Position numbers and translations under genes: made by a program. Positions 14,410 to 28,899 of a stretch of DNA of 64,000 nucleotides are shown one piece after another; within the stretch, counting starts at the first letter, position 1, and each line of letters opens with the position of its first letter. The notes under the pieces are model-generated. The model searched no databases, was not told the origin of the DNA, and was given only the letters and a program-made list of their open reading frames with translations. Source of the stretch: the human T2T-CHM13v2.0 reference genome, Homo sapiens. Where the stretch lies: the NCBI RefSeq assembly GCF_009914755.1, contig NC_060937.1; one strand, given 5' to 3'.

Positions 14410-16760
14410 CTCTAACTTTTTAAGCAGTGTTCTTAAGGTATAATTGACACACAATAACAAGGCATTTTTAAAATGTACAATTTCATAAATATTAACATAT
14501 GTGTGCATCATGAAGTCATCATTACAATCAAGATACTGAACAGATCCATCCATCAGCCCGGAACCTCTCTTTGTGCCCTTTTGTGATTTCTTCTGTTGGC
14601 TCCCCACTCCCATCCCTATCTAGCAAACACTCATCTGCTTTCTGTGACTATAGATTAGTTTTCATTTTGGAGACTGTTATAGAAATGAAATTATAAAATA
14701 TATACTCTTGAGGGTTTTTTTTGCTCTAGCTTCTTTCCCTCAGCATAGTTTGAGATTCATCTATATTTTGTGTACATCAATAGTTCATTTTTATTGCAGA
14801 GTAGTAGTTCATTGTATAGAGATGCCATTATTTGTTTATTCACCTACTGGTAGATAATTTGGTTGTTCTCAATCTTGCGATATTATAAATAAAGTGGCTA
14901 AGAACATTTCTATCCAAGCCCTGCATGAACATACATTTTATTTCTCTTGAATAAATACCTAGGGATGGAATGACTGGATCATATAGTAGGCATATGTTTA
15001 ACTTTTTCAGAAATTGCCAAATGGTCTTCCAAAGTGGCTGTAACATTTTATATTCCAACCAGCAGCATATGAGAGTTCCATTGCAGAGTAATTACTACAA
15101 TTACTCCGCATTGTCCCGGACACTTAGTATAGGGGATGTGAACTATCTAAGAGAAGTTTAGCAGTATCTGATAGTGCTTTTAATTTGAATTTTCCTAATG
15201 ACTACTAATGTAGAGTATTTTTATGAACTTATTTGCTCTTCACATCTCTTTAGTAGTGTATCTCTTCAAATGTTTTGTCTATTTTTATTGTTTTTCATTT
15301 TTAATTATTCAGTTTTGAGAGTTTTTTACATATTTTAGACACAAATCTTTGGTCAGATATGTGATTTGCTAACATTTTTTCCATAATATTTGGCTTGCCA
15401 TTTAATTCTCTTAGCAGCGTCTTGAAGAGAAGAATTTTTAAATTTTGAGTAAGTGAAGTTAATCATATTTTTCTTTTATGGATTGTAATTTTGGTGTCAT
15501 ATCTATGAAATCATCACCTAACCCAAGGACACAAAGATTTTCTCCTGTGCTTTTTTTCTACGTTTTGAGTTTTAGCTTTTACTTTTTAGCATTATGTTCC
15601 ATTCCAAGTTAATTTTTGTGTAAGTACAAAATGTAGATAGAAGTTCATTTATTTACTTATTTATGTAGTATTTATTTATTTTTGCATAGGGATATCCAAT
15701 TGTTCTGGCATCTTTTGTTGAGAACACAGTTTTTCACTGAATTGCATGTGTGTGTGTGTGTGTGTGTGATTGTGTGAATCTATCTATCTATTGAGAAAAG
15801 AAGAGAGAATGTCAGGACTCTATTCTGTTCTCTTAATATATTTTTCCATCTTTGCAAACACCTCATTGTCTTGTCTTCGTGCTTTATGATATGTCTTTTT
15901 TTTAATTTATTTTATTTGTTTTTATTTTTTTAGACAGAGTCTTGCTCTGTCACCCAGGCTGGAGTGCAGTGGCGCGATCTCAGCTCACTGCAACCTGCAC
16001 CTCCCAGGGTTCAAGTGATTCTCCGGCTTCAGCCTCCTGAGTAGCTGCGATTACAGGCGCCCGCCACCGCTGCTGGCTAGTTTTTGTATTTTAGGTAGAG
16101 ACCGGGTTTCGCCATCTTGGCCAGGCTAGTCTCTAACTCCTGACCTTACGATCCACCCTCCTCGGCCTCCCAAAGTGCTGGGATTACAGGTGTGAGCCAC
16201 CGTGCCCGGCCTATGATATGTTTTTAATTCAGATATATTAATCTGTTGATTTTGATGTTTTTATCTAAGGTAGGTCTGGCTGTTTTAGATCTATAGCATT
16301 TCCATATGAATTTTAGAACATCTTTACAACTTCTACAGAAGTTCCTGCTGGGATTTTGATTGGAATAGTATTAAATCTATAAATAATTTGTGGAGAATTG
16401 AAATTATAATAAGATTGATTCTTCCTGTCTATGGATATGGTATAATTTCCCATTTAGTTTTTCTCATGAGTGTTTTGTTATTTTCAGTGTACAGGACTTA
16501 TATGTCTTTCATAGGATTGATGCCCAAGTATTTCATATTTTTGATATTGTAAATTAGTCTGCTTTTACATTTCAAATTCCTACTTTTTGTTGCTAATATA
16601 TGGTTAGTAATGAGTTTTTAAATATTGGTCTTTATTATATAACCTTACTAAACTAAGTTATTCTTGTAGCTTTTCTTGTATAATTCATTGGACTTTGTGC
16701 ATAGACAATAATGTTATCTGTGGGGAAAAACAACTTTATTTCTTCTTTCCTGTATGGCAA
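14410..16760 (-). mobile_element. L1M (MC/MD-type) 3' portion, interrupted by AluSg
   Basis: 3'UTR (aggtataattgacacacaataa...aaatgtacaatt) and ORF2 C-terminal remnant (ORF 14840..15058: QPLWKTIWQFLKKLNICLLYDPVIPSLGIYSRE). Confidence 0.88.
15895..16211 (-). mobile_element. AluSg-like
   Basis: Full reverse Alu; TSD tatgatatgt at 15885-15894 and 16212-16221. Confidence 0.94.
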
Positions 16761-17294
16761 ACCATATTGCCCTCTACTATAATTTTCCATATGCCTTCCT
16801 TTAAGATTTTTGGAAGATATTTTTCTTGGTTGTAGCCACTTTTTTTTTCTTTCAGTACTTTAAGCTTGTTGCTCCATTGTCTTCTCATTTACATTATTTC
16901 CAGTGAGAAATCTGCTGTTATCCTTCTCTTTTCCCTCTGTATGTTTCATGTCAGCAGTAATTCATATGCTTGTGCTGCTCAGGGCTCTGTTTTCAGTCCA
17001 CAGCTATATAGTAGATAGGTCTGGATTCATGTGCTTTCTTTGCTACTCTGTGTGATATTAGGCAAGTTATCTAACTATTCTTAGATCCCTTTTGTCATCT
17101 ACTTAAGTTTTATACCCACTTCTTTGATTAAAGTCTATCTTTCTATCAGTTTGAAAGGAAAAGGATCATTTTCTGTCTGGTTTAATACTCTTTACTCAGC
17201 ACCTAATATTATCTGTCAGAAAAAGTATGTGAACTTAATAAATGGAGTTAGATACACTTACCTTCAAGCATAAAAGATCTTGAGGAGACCCTGG

Positions 17295-17430
17295 TTTTTT
17301 CATCTGTAAAGTGGGGATAATAAAGGTGCCTATATTATGGGCTTGCTGTGAATAATAAAGTTTCATAGACATGAAAAATATTCATCGTAGTACCTGGCAT
17401 GTAGAAATGCTCAACATGCATTTATTCTTC
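17295..17430 (+). mobile_element. MIR SINE
   Basis: ttcatctgtaaagtggggataataaaggtgccta...tagtacctggcatgtagaaatgctcaa. Confidence 0.75.
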
Positions 17431-17489
17431 TGATACTCAATATGCATTAGTTCTTATGATGATCACTATTATTATCATTATCATTAACA

Positions 17490-18225
17490 TTTCAAACTCC
17501 ACTACATTAGGTCAACTCACCATCGCTTCTCATTTAGATTGTTACAGTGGCTTTGCATCCCTTTTCTCCTACAATCTGTTCTCTGCTCCAAAGCCAAAAG
17601 TGCTTATTGTAAAATAAAGATTGTAATCATATTGTTCTCAGCTTGTGCTCTTTTAACTGCCCGAATAAAAAATAAAATAAAAAATATAAAAACTCTCAGG
17701 AAGGAGCCAGAATAACACATTAGCTTAAAAACTACTTGGTAATCTGTTCTTTGTCTCCTTTACCACATACCTCATGGTTTGGCAACATTTTCTCACCCCA
17801 GTTCCATTCAATCACAGTCAATTATTCAATCTTAATAAATTACTTTGTACTTCTCTTTTCCCAAAGAGTTATGCTTTCTTTCACCTCTCAGCCTCTTCCC
17901 ATGCTATTTCTTTCTGGAACACCTGCATCATCTGCATTATTCATCTGGCTAATTTCCATACAACTTTCAAATTTTATTTCCACTGCCATTTCCCCAGGAA
18001 TATCCCCAACTGCCTAAGTCTAGTTTAGGCATTGTTTGATAAATTTTATACAACCCTTTTAGTCCTCATCGTAGCTCTGGTTAGGCTGATTGTAATTCTC
18101 TCTTTTCTTATCTATCTATTCCACTGGTTTTAAACTTTTTGAAGGCAAGAACAATGCCCACCTACCCCACTGCTTGGCAAAATGTACCTTCTCAATAAAT
18201 ACTTGTTGGATAAATAAGTAAATAA
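17490..18225 (+). mobile_element. L2 3' portion
   Basis: ccatcgcttctcatttagattgttacagtggc, acctctcagcc...catgctatttc, and L2 end ctcaataaatacttgttggataaataa. Confidence 0.7.
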
Positions 18226-19530
18226 AGTAGGAAGAACAAGTACATAAGTACTGAAAATAAATACAAAATAAATAAGTAAAGTACACTTTTTTATTGTATA
18301 TGTTCAGAGGTAAGTGGGATTAGTTCCAGTTGGTAATACTCTAAAAATGTTTAATGAATAAATAAAGAAGCCCAATATTATATTCATTCACCTAACTTAT
18401 GTTAGACTCATATGTAGAATTCAGGATTCAGGTCTTATAGATTAGGGCAGTTTCCATGGTATCATTCTGTCTCCCTAAAATATGGATGAGAGAGAGATAC
18501 TCTACAGTTGAGATTAAACATAATTCAGGGGACACCTTAAATATTTATAAGAAATGTTTTTTCTAACATTTAATGACGTCTATTCCCGAACATTGTCTTC
18601 TACCCACTCACTGTTTGAGTAATTTTCTAGATGTTGCATTGTGCAAAATATGAATAGAATAGTGAGTCATTTTCAGAATTATAATATCAATGATCTAGCA
18701 TTCTTTTTTGTCACATTCTCATAGTATGACAAGCTCAAATGTAGAAAGGCATTATCTTGGAACCCAGTCAATGTGGCACCTTCCCATAATCATGATTTTA
18801 ATCAATCATCCCTGTTCTGACACATGAAACATAATCATGTTCAAGGGAGAGCCACAATTGTTTTTTTTCCTGAGCTGCATTAAAGGAAGTGCTTTCTACC
18901 ATTCAATTTCCAACCAAATAAAAGACAGAGTGTTTGTGATGATGGAAGTTACCTTCCTCCTTCATTCAGTGTAGGTTGGAAAGAGAGAGAGTGGAAGAGC
19001 CAGAAGTTTGCTTCATATCAAATTGTGAGTTTTCATCTTTAGGTGAGTGATATGTGCCCAACCAAGCACTGTGAATGCCTCATGTAAGAATGCATAGGGA
19101 ATGCTAGAGGAGTAAGAACTGAAGCTTTCTTTCGTTGTCTAATCCAGGAACAAACTTAGATAACAAATATAGTATTTTTGACAGAGAACAAAAAAAGAAT
19201 AGGGTTCTAGTTGCAATGGGCAATAACGGTGCCCATTAGTGGGGTGGGAGTGTGGGGAAGGGTGTTTTTCCTTTAGGGTATTAAATAGAACGGCCACTCT
19301 GTGCTGGAATCCAACCTCTGCACTCTAAGCACAGAACCTTCACAGACTTACTTCAAAAAGTAGTGCTGTCCTTGCATCATCCCAGCCTTGATGTGAATGC
19401 AAAGAGTCTACCTTCAAAGGATCAGAGAGAAAGCATGGGCCATCCTATACCCTGAACTAAAAGCAGGATGATGGAGCAAAACCTGGGTGCCATGAGATTA
19501 CTTAATTCAGTAATCTCTTCCAATAGTGAC

Positions 19531-19840
<310 letters not shown>

Positions 19841-20049
19841 CCAATATCAACTTCTGTTTTAGTATTTGTTTGAGGCTTTTAAAAATAACTTACACTTTCT
19901 ATACTCAAAACACCACAAAATATTATTAGTTCATTTGGATAGCAATTGGCTTTCCAGTTACCTCTTCATTTTCTATGTATGTAACACTTTGCTCTCTTTG
20001 GATTTTATTGTTTTACTGACTTCTCTCACCTCTGAGACATGCTCAATCC

Positions 20050-20450
20050 AATTAAAGGATTTTTATCCTTTATGTAGAAAACAATGGTTTTTAACATGAG
20101 ATTTCATGCAATTGTATCTTTTCTGTATGCATAACCTTCATTTCTTGCTATTGTTAGCCTTTGCATATAATATTATCTCTCTGTTTTCACTGGTGAGCTT
20201 GACAATTCCCCATTTAGTGTCATTTGGAAATTTCATTCACGCAGGTCTTTTTCCAGATCATTAATAAAGTTGTGGCTCAAACTGAATCTGACATTTATTC
20301 CCATGGCTCCCTTCTGGTCATCTTCTTGCAGCTCAACATGTTGCCCTTCATTATAGGTTTTTTTTAAATTTTTTTTTGCCAGCCACTTTTAAATCCTCCA
20401 AATATTTCTAAATGTCTAGCCATTTTAAATAAATTTTGTGATTGGTGTTT
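20050..20450 (-). mobile_element. L3/CR1 reverse-transcriptase fragment
   Basis: cccatttagtgtcatttggaaa reads FPNDTKW on the minus strand, resembling the CR1 FADDTKL motif; followed by ccagatcattaataaag. Confidence 0.5.
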
Positions 20451-20651
20451 CAGAATCTCATAGAGTGCCTTGCAAGTAAAAAGCACTAGATAAACACTAG
20501 TAGAGTTAATTGGATCACCAGGTCAGCCATTGGCTTTATTCAGTTGTATTTGCCTCTCTCATTCCTACCCTCCCCCACAAAAATCTTTTCGTGTGTGACA
20601 CACTTTTTTTGACAGATAAAAGTGTGTGTATTTATCATGTACAATGTGATA

Positions 20652-21073
20652 TTTTTTTTTGAGACAGGGTCTCACCCTGTTGCCTAGGCTGGAGTACAGT
20701 GGCACGATCATTGCTCCCTGCAGCCTTGACCTCCCAGGCTCAAGCAAACCTTCCAACTCAGCCTCCCAAGTAGCTAGGACCACAGACACAGGCCACCAAA
20801 CTTAGCGAATTTTTTAAATTTTTGTAGAGATGCGGTTTCACTCTGTGGTCCAGGCTGGAGTGAAGGGGCACTATCATGGTTCACTGCAGCCTTGGCCTCC
20901 CAGGCTCAAGCAATCCTCCCACCTCACCTTCCTGTAGCTAGGGTGACAGGAACACACCACCAGACTCAGAGAATTTTTTAAATTTTTGTAGAGATGAGGT
21001 CACACTGTGTTGCCCAAGCTGGTCTCAAACTCCTGGGCTCAAGCGATCCTCCTGACTCAGCCTCCCGAAGTGC
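20652..21073 (-). mobile_element. AluJ with duplicated right arm (trimeric, 5'-truncated)
   Basis: Three Alu monomers separated by two identical linkers gaattttttaaatttttgtagagatg (20807-20832, 20971-20996). Confidence 0.88.
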
Positions 21074-21730
21074 AACATGATGTTTTGAAGTATATACACT
21101 GTGGAATGGTTAAATTAAGTCAGTTAACATAAACATTACCTCGCATAGTTATCATTTTTGTGATGAGAACACTTAACATCCACTCTGTTAGCATTTTTCA
21201 AGAATACAATATACCATCATTAACTATAGTCACTATGTTGTACAATAGATCTCTTGAACTTATTCCTTCTTTCTAACTATAAATATAGTTTAACCAGCAT
21301 CTCCTCAAAGTCTCCTCTTCCTCTAATGATCCCAGTCTCGGGTAACCACCATTCAACTATTTCCATGAGATCAACTTTTTCATATTCCATATAAATGAAG
21401 TCATGTGGTATTTGTCTTTCTGTGCCTGGTTTATTTTTGTTATTCAGTTAACCTGATGTCCTTCAGGTTCATCCATGTTGTCGCAAATGACGGGATTTCC
21501 TTCTTTTTATGGCTGTATAGTATCCCATTGTGTATATATGCCATGTTTTCTTTATCCATTTATCTTTTCATAGATACTTAGGTTGATTCTATATCTTGGC
21601 TCTTGTGAATAGTGCTGCAGTAAACATAGGGGTCCAGATGTCTCTTTGATATATTGATTTCATTTCCTTTGTAAATATATATGCCCAGTAGTACAGTTGC
21701 TGGATCATATGGTAGTTCAATTTTTAGTTT

Positions 21731-22030
21731 GTTTTGTTTTTTTTTTGTTTTGAGATGGGGTCTTGCTCTGTCTCCCAGGCTGGAGTGCAGTAGTGTGATC
21801 ACTGATCACCGCAGCCTTCCCCCTGGCTCAGGCAATCCTCTTGCCTCTGACTCCCTGGTAGCTGGGACTACAGGCATGCACCACCACACCCAGCTAAATG
21901 TTTTTATTTTTTTAGAGACAGGGTCTCGCTATGTTGCCCAAGCTTGTCTTGAACTCCTGGGCTCAAGCAATCCTCCTGGCTCCATCTCCCAAAGTGCTGG
22001 GATTACAGGCATAATCTACCACACAGAGCC
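21731..22030 (-). mobile_element. AluJ
   Basis: Reverse Alu with J diagnostics; TSD atttttagttt at 21720-21730 and 22032-22042. Confidence 0.92.
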
Positions 22031-23909
22031 TATTTTTAGTTTTTTGAAAAACTTCCATACTGCTTTTCATAATGGCCATATTATTTTACATTCCCACAAA
22101 CAGTGTGCAAGGCCTCTCTTTACGCACATCCTTGCTAATACTTGTTATCTTTTATCTTTTTGAAAATATCCATTCTAACTGGAGTGCGATATCTCCTTGT
22201 GCTTTTGATTTGCATTTCCCTGATGATTCATGAAACTGAACACTTTTTCATATACCTTTTGGCCATTTGTATGTCTTCTTTTGAGAAATGTCTATTCAGG
22301 CCTTTTTAAAATTTTTAAATCAGGTTATTTCCTTGCTATTGAGTTGTTTGAGTTGTTTATGTTTTCTTCTAGTAGTTTCAAGTCTGACATTTAAGTCTTC
22401 AGCCATTTTTGAGTTGATTTTTGTATATGGTGTGATATAAGGGTCCAAATTTATTATTCTGCATGTGAATATCTAGTTTCCTTAACACCATTTATTGAAG
22501 TCTGTTTTTTCCCCGTTGTGCGTTCTTGGTGCCTTTGTCGAAAACAGTTTCTGGGCTCTCTATTCTGTTCCATTAGTCTGTGTGTCTTTTTTTAATGACA
22601 GTACCACCCTGTTTGGGTTCCTATAGCTTTGCAGTATATTTTGAAGTATGGTAGTGTGATGCCTTCAGCTTTGTTCATTTTGCTCAAGATCAGTTGGCTA
22701 TTCAGGGTATTTTTTGGTTTCATACAACTTTTAGAACTGTTTTTTCCATTTCTGTGAAAAATGTAACTGGCATTTTGATAGTTATCAAATTTTGCATTTA
22801 ATCTATAAATTGATTTGAGTAGAATGGACATTTTAACAATAGTATCTTTTACAATCCATGAGCATGGGATATCTTTCCATTTATTTGTGACTTCTCCAAT
22901 TTCTTTCATCAACGTTTTATAGTTTTCAATGTAGAGATCTTTCACCTTGTTTGTTAAATTTATTCCGAAGTATTTTTTGTAACTATTGTAAATGGGCTTG
23001 TTTTCTTCATTTCTTTTTCAGATAGTTTGCTGTTAGTGTATAGAAATACTATTAATTTTGTATGTTGATTTTATATCCTGCAACTTTACTAAATTTGTTT
23101 ATTATTTCTAACAGCATTTTGGTGGAACCTTTAGGGTTTCCTATATAAGATGTGTTACCTGCAAACAGGGACAGTTTAACTTCTTTCTTTCCAATTTGGA
23201 TGCCTTTTATTTATTTCCCTTGGCTACTGCTCTGGCTAGAACTTCCAGTACTATGTTGGATAGGAGTGGTGAGAGTGGGCATTCTGGGCTTATTCTGGAT
23301 CATAGAGAAAAAGCTTTCAAGTTTTCCCCATTGAGTATGATGTTAGTCATGGTTTGTCATCTATCGACTTTGTTGTGTTGAGGTACATTCCTTCAATATG
23401 TAATTTGTTGAGAGTTTATACCATAAAAGAATGTTGAAGTTTGCCAAATGCTTTTTCTATATCTATTAAAATGATTATATAAGTTTTGTTTTTCATTGTG
23501 CTATTGTGCTGTATCACATGTTACAGACTTCTAAAAACAATGTTTAGCCATGTTCTCCAGTCATTTTAAGTACTTAAGGATTGTACATTTCTTTTGATAG
23601 TTTATATGCTATCTTATTCCAGGTAGTGTTATAGATAATAAAAGCAATCAAGACACGTAAACATGATATATATTCTATAACAATTTTGATATTTGTCAAT
23701 TTTAAAAATGTCTTTGTAACCCTACCTTAATTCCTAAGGAGATTCCTTCACCAATGAAATGGGTATAATAATAAACTCTGAGGTTTTGTGAATGTCATAG
23801 ATAATGTAATGAGCTGGGGAAACTCTTGGCATACCGTGAGCTCTGGACTTACTCCTGCCCCATTTCCCCAGTCACAGAAGGTAGTTCTGTCCCATTGTTT
23901 AAGAAAGAC

Positions 23910-24330
23910 CTTTGATTGGCTTCCTGTCTTTCTCCTCCACATCTAATCAGTATCTAGTCCCATTGCCCCTTTCTCCAGAATACCTCAATTCCTCCCACTG
24001 CCACCACAGCCTTGCACCTAGACCACTGCTACAGACTTTAAATTTTTCTGTTTCAATTCAGCCTACCTCCAGTTCACTGCCTAGAGCAGCCAGATTTAGC
24101 TTTTTAAACATGCACATCAGATCCTGGCCATTTCATTGCTTATACCTTGCTGGGATTTCTAACTGCCCTTGAAATAAAATCCAATCTCTTATTTACTTAT
24201 AAGCTGGCCACTTCACTCAGACCCCAAGCTCCATGAGGACACGAACCAGATCTGTCATTTCAGTGCATGCTGGCAGTGTGCAGCAAATTGCCTGACACCT
24301 AGGAAGTACTCACAAGTAAGTGCTGCACAA
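23910..24330 (+). mobile_element. L2 fragment
   Basis: ccactgccaccacagcc, agagcagccagatttagctttttaaacatgca, aataaaatccaa, aagctccatgaggac, tgcctgacacctaggaagtactca. Confidence 0.65.
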
Positions 24331-25940
24331 AGGAAATACTCTACACCATTGCTACAAGGAATAAAGAAAAATCATTTGCTCCTAGCTTGGTCATAGACTT
24401 TCTTCCTAGGTCAGTATTTTGAAATAAATTGTTTAAAGATGTCTAGCAGTGAGGTATGGTGAAACTATGATTTCTCTTACATTAGTCCCACCTTTGTTAT
24501 CCAGACTTTGACATTTAATAATCATTGAGTATTCAAGAATGCAGTTCTTATAGATTAAAGTAACTATTTGTTAGAGAGGAGGGAACTGAAATTAAAATGG
24601 AGAATCCTTTGATGAACATTACATTCCAATCATTAGAATTTCATATAGATGTAATTGCTCCCTCAGAAATAGATTAAATATACACAGCATTTTAAATGAC
24701 ATTTTTACATTGTTAAAGCACAGTTGATTATAAATTATGAGTCTTTTAAACCAGGCATGCTTCCTCTCCATCAATCAGTGTTATCGTGGCCATCTCTTTA
24801 ATAAGATTATTTGCTAATGCAAAACTGAAATGAGCAATGCCTGAAGCAGCATTAACGCAGAGTGATCAAGTGACAGCGCACCAACCATTTGATTCTCTTC
24901 GCCAGATCAGTGTCTGGAGAAATTTGCTTTCCTTCATTCACACCCACCAGTGTAGCTTCTACTAATGGGTATTTTTTTTTTCAGTTGAGGAGTCATGAGT
25001 ACCTTTAAGCTTTGAGGTGCTAATCATTAGCAGTTAAGAAGCATCTTCTAGAACAAACTCTGGCATTCTCCCCAAAAGCTGATGGTTGAGATGCTGCAGA
25101 GCTATTTTGGATGCTGGATTTTGACATTTATACTCATTCAAATTAAGAACATAGTATATTAAGTTGACAAAGAAAGTAAAGTCATCAGGCTTTCAGCTGA
25201 ACAATGCAGTAGACTGCTCAGCTGAGTGCATTAACCAAAATAGTCTAATGTGCTATTTACCTGCACATTTTTAAAAAAGATTCTGGTATGATATATGATG
25301 GAAATCATCTAAAGAAAAAAAAAAAGAACGCACAAAATTTCCAAGGGCAAAATTATTTTTATTTTATAAACCTAAGAAGAGTTTATGTGTTTTGCATGGG
25401 GATTCTGGGAGGGGGATATGAGAAAGAATGATGCATGTTCAGAAATACTGGGAATCACAATGGAAAGTTATCAGAATGGAAACTTGTCAATAATATCAAT
25501 CATAAGTTACCTATATATTTTATCAATCTAAGTATTCACTGTAAAGGAAATCTTGACATATATAAGGGAGGATATTAAGCATTAAAACTTGTTAAAAACA
25601 TAGGAAGGATATTGGTATATTGGATCAGAAAACAGAGTGCCATATCCTAAGGAACAAACAATGAAGAGACCCAAGATCCTCATTCCTGCAATTCAAGAGT
25701 TGGCCCTGTCTACCTTTCCTCGTATTTCCTGAGTTCTTTGCGCTAAACCAATGGAAACTGTGCTCTTTTGTATCATATACTAAGCAATTAAAAATGAGTA
25801 AAATCAGTACAAGTGGAGCTAAGACTAAATGTATCTATCATGTAAAAAAGTTTAAGCTGTTTAAACTCACCTAAGGCAAAGATTCTCAGGCAACACAAAA
25901 CTCACCGTATGCTGTAGAAAAGGAAGACTCTTGAAACCAA

Positions 25941-26340
25941 GTGGTATGTATACACTGTGGAATACTATGCAGTCATAAAAAAGGAATGAGATCACATCCT
26001 TTGCAGGGAAATGGATGGAGCTGGAGGCCATTATCCTCAGGAAACTAACATAGGAACAGAAAACCAAATATGGCATGTTCTCACTTATAAATAGGAGCTA
26101 AATGATGAGAACACATCAACACACAGAGGGGAACAGCACACACTGGGGCCCATCAGAAGGTGGAAAGTGGAAGGAGGAAGAGAATCAGGAAAAATAACTA
26201 ATGGATACTAGGCTTAATACCTGGGTGATGAAATAATCTGTACAACAAACCCCCATGACACGTGTTTACCTATGTAACATACCCACACATCCTGCACGTG
26301 TACCCCTGAACTTAAAAAAGAAGTTAAAAAAACAAACAAA
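25941..26340 (+). mobile_element. L1PA15/16-type 3' end (5'-truncated)
   Basis: ggaatactatgcag...catgttctcacttata...atcaggaaaaataactaatggatactaggcttaatacctgggtgatgaaataatctgtacaacaaaccccc; TSD-like aaaccaagtg / aaacaagtg. Confidence 0.9.
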
Positions 26341-27432
26341 CAAGTGACCAACAAAGAGAAGAAGTCACAGGATGGGCAAAGACACCCCAAGCAAAGGCAA
26401 ATGCAAATATTAATAAAGTATTGGCAACATTGTTGATATCAGATGAATTTGATTCCAAGGCAAATTTAGACAAAGAATGGCAGTTTATAAGGATAAGAGT
26501 GCAGTTCTAACAGTGGAAGTATCTAATCATCAAATAATGTAGTATCAAAATTCATTATAAACATCATCATAAATACAAGGCAATATAGAGACTTTAAGCT
26601 ATTTATTATAGTCATCAATACACCCAATGTACCAAACATAACTAAGTGTATAGAAAACCTAAATAGCAGAATTAACAAGGTAGATTTAATTCATGTAAGT
26701 GTGTGTATATGGATACAGATAGATATAGATATATCAGACTCTTTACCCCCAAGAGAATAAGAACATTTGCAAAAATTAATATACTGGCCATACATAAAAC
26801 TTCAGCAAATTCACCAAGGCTAAAATAGAACCAAAAACATTCTTTGATCAAATTCAATGAAAATAGAAATTGCAAAATATAATTATTTGGAAACAGTGAA
26901 AAGCACAGCTATGTGGAAATTTTCAAAATTTCTTTTAAACAAACATGGAGACAATAAGAAAATCAAAACCCAAACTGTAATACATTCAGAAGAGACTGAT
27001 GAAAGCATGATATGTCAGAACCTATAACATAGATCTGAAGTCAGGCTCGAAATCATAGCACTAACTGATTCACTAACAAAAAAAATTAAACTTCTAACTA
27101 AGAAAAACAAAATAATAATTATGAGGATAAAAACAGATTTTAATTATTAGAAAATAGAAAAATTATACAGCTAATCAGTAAACCCAAAAACTGATTAACA
27201 GGAAAAGGGCAAATTATTAGCTAGTTTAAACAGAGAAAGAGAGAAAGAAGAATTTATAAAAATTGACAGTAAGTACAAATGCAGTGGAAATTAAAAGAAT
27301 CATAAGAGACTATTTTGCTCAGTTTTATACAAACATAATAAAGAACATGAATGAATGAAGAGGATGAATTTGTAAAGAAACATAGAATATAGAAAATCTA
27401 TGCAGACATATTTCTATAAAAGAGATTATTTT

Positions 27433-27740
<308 letters not shown>

Positions 27741-27867
27741 AAAAGAGATTATTTTCAAACCACGGGCTATTGGAATGTTAAATCACAGAAAACTCTCATG
27801 CTGTTCAAACTGTTTCAGATTATGTAAAAACTAAGAAGGTTTATATGTTATTTTAATAAAGCTATCA

Positions 27868-28209
27868 TCTCTAGGTGAGAATTTATTTTCTTGCCTTTCC
27901 AGGTTCTAGAGGCCTTCACTTTTGGCTCTGACCCCCCTCCCATCTTCAAGCCAGCAGTCACATTGTTCTGACCTGGCTTTCTGACATTCTTCTCTTTTCA
28001 TCTCCTTCTCTTTCTCTCTTGCCTCCCTTCTTCATGTATAAGAACCTTGTGATTACATTAGGTTTACCCACGTAGTCCAGGATAATATCCCCATTTTAAG
28101 ATCGTTACATTATTCACAAAGTCCTTTTGGCCCTGTAAGGTAATATAGTCACAGGTTCTGTGGATTAGGATGTGAGCAGCTTTGGGAGGCCATTATTCTG
28201 CCTCCTACA
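27868..28209 (-). mobile_element. MLT1C-like MaLR LTR (partial)
   Basis: cttgcctttccaggttctagaggc, tataagaaccttgtgattacattagg, aggtaatatagtcacaggttctg...gattagga, ggccattattctgcctcctaca. Confidence 0.82.
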
Positions 28210-28560
28210 CTATATTACCAAAGATTATTATCTTTATTAATATATTTATTTGATCACACCCTATGTTCACCAAAGATGTGGATCAATAGGCATTCTCAGA
28301 CGTTACCGAAGGCTGATGTAAGCTTTCTGCATGGCCATTTGGATTGTCCATAAGATAACAATTGCACTTTTGGGAATTTCTCTTTCACCTGCACCCACAC
28401 ATGCTAAGGATGATTGTATGTACAAGGTTATTGACTGCAGTAACATCAAAGAATGTCCATTCTTTGAGCTGGTTAAAGAAATTCTGATAAAATGGAATAT
28501 ACTGCCATCGATGATGCTGTTCTGTTTGTATTCAAATGGAAAAAATCTCCAGGATGCAGA

Positions 28561-28751
28561 TCATGTTTCATTGTTTATGAGAGGAACTTTTTAAAAATTT
28601 TTAAGCATTTTAGCATCTCTGAAATCAGGATGTATATTTCAAATAATGCCCTATTATTGTTTAAATAGCAGAACATTTTTTCCTTTTGTAGTGGCAAAAC
28701 AGTAATGCTGTGTCTTGTGGTCATTGAGAATGTAAATGTGACGAAATACTG
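28561..28751 (+). mobile_element. MER104-like TcMar-Tc2 MITE
   Basis: ~190 bp; cattttagcatctctgaaatcaggatg internally and a degenerate TIR ending gacgaaatactg. Confidence 0.6.
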
Positions 28752-28899
28752 AAATTAAGTGAAAAAAGTTGAGTTTAGTGTGTAGCAATGTATCATATGT
28801 GCAACAAAATAAATATATTTAAACCCAGTTACATTTTCCTCTTAATGAGATCATTACTATCAGCCTTCAAACTAGCTTTTTATTTCTCTCATGCAGAAA

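Larger units (their letters stand above)
20604..23520 (-). mobile_element. L1MA (about MA5-7) 3' portion, interrupted by two AluJ insertions
   Basis: L1MA 3'UTR (atgatgttttgaagtatatac...gtggaatggttaaa...attacctcgcatagttatcatttttgtgatgagaacac) and ORF2 remnant (ORF 22592..22945: KDLYIENYKTLMKEI...KWKDIPCSWI). Confidence 0.92.

Noticed and set aside
21681-22163. 160-aa ORF (and similar ORFs at 9169, 12120, 12755, 12777, 19468, 27549, 43871, 45441, 52047, 52241)
   Set aside because: Translations of Alu sequence ([19 protein letters not shown] motifs); not genes
22592-22945. 117-aa ORF with reverse-transcriptase-like sequence
   Set aside because: Frameshifted remnant of L1MA ORF2; not an intact CDS
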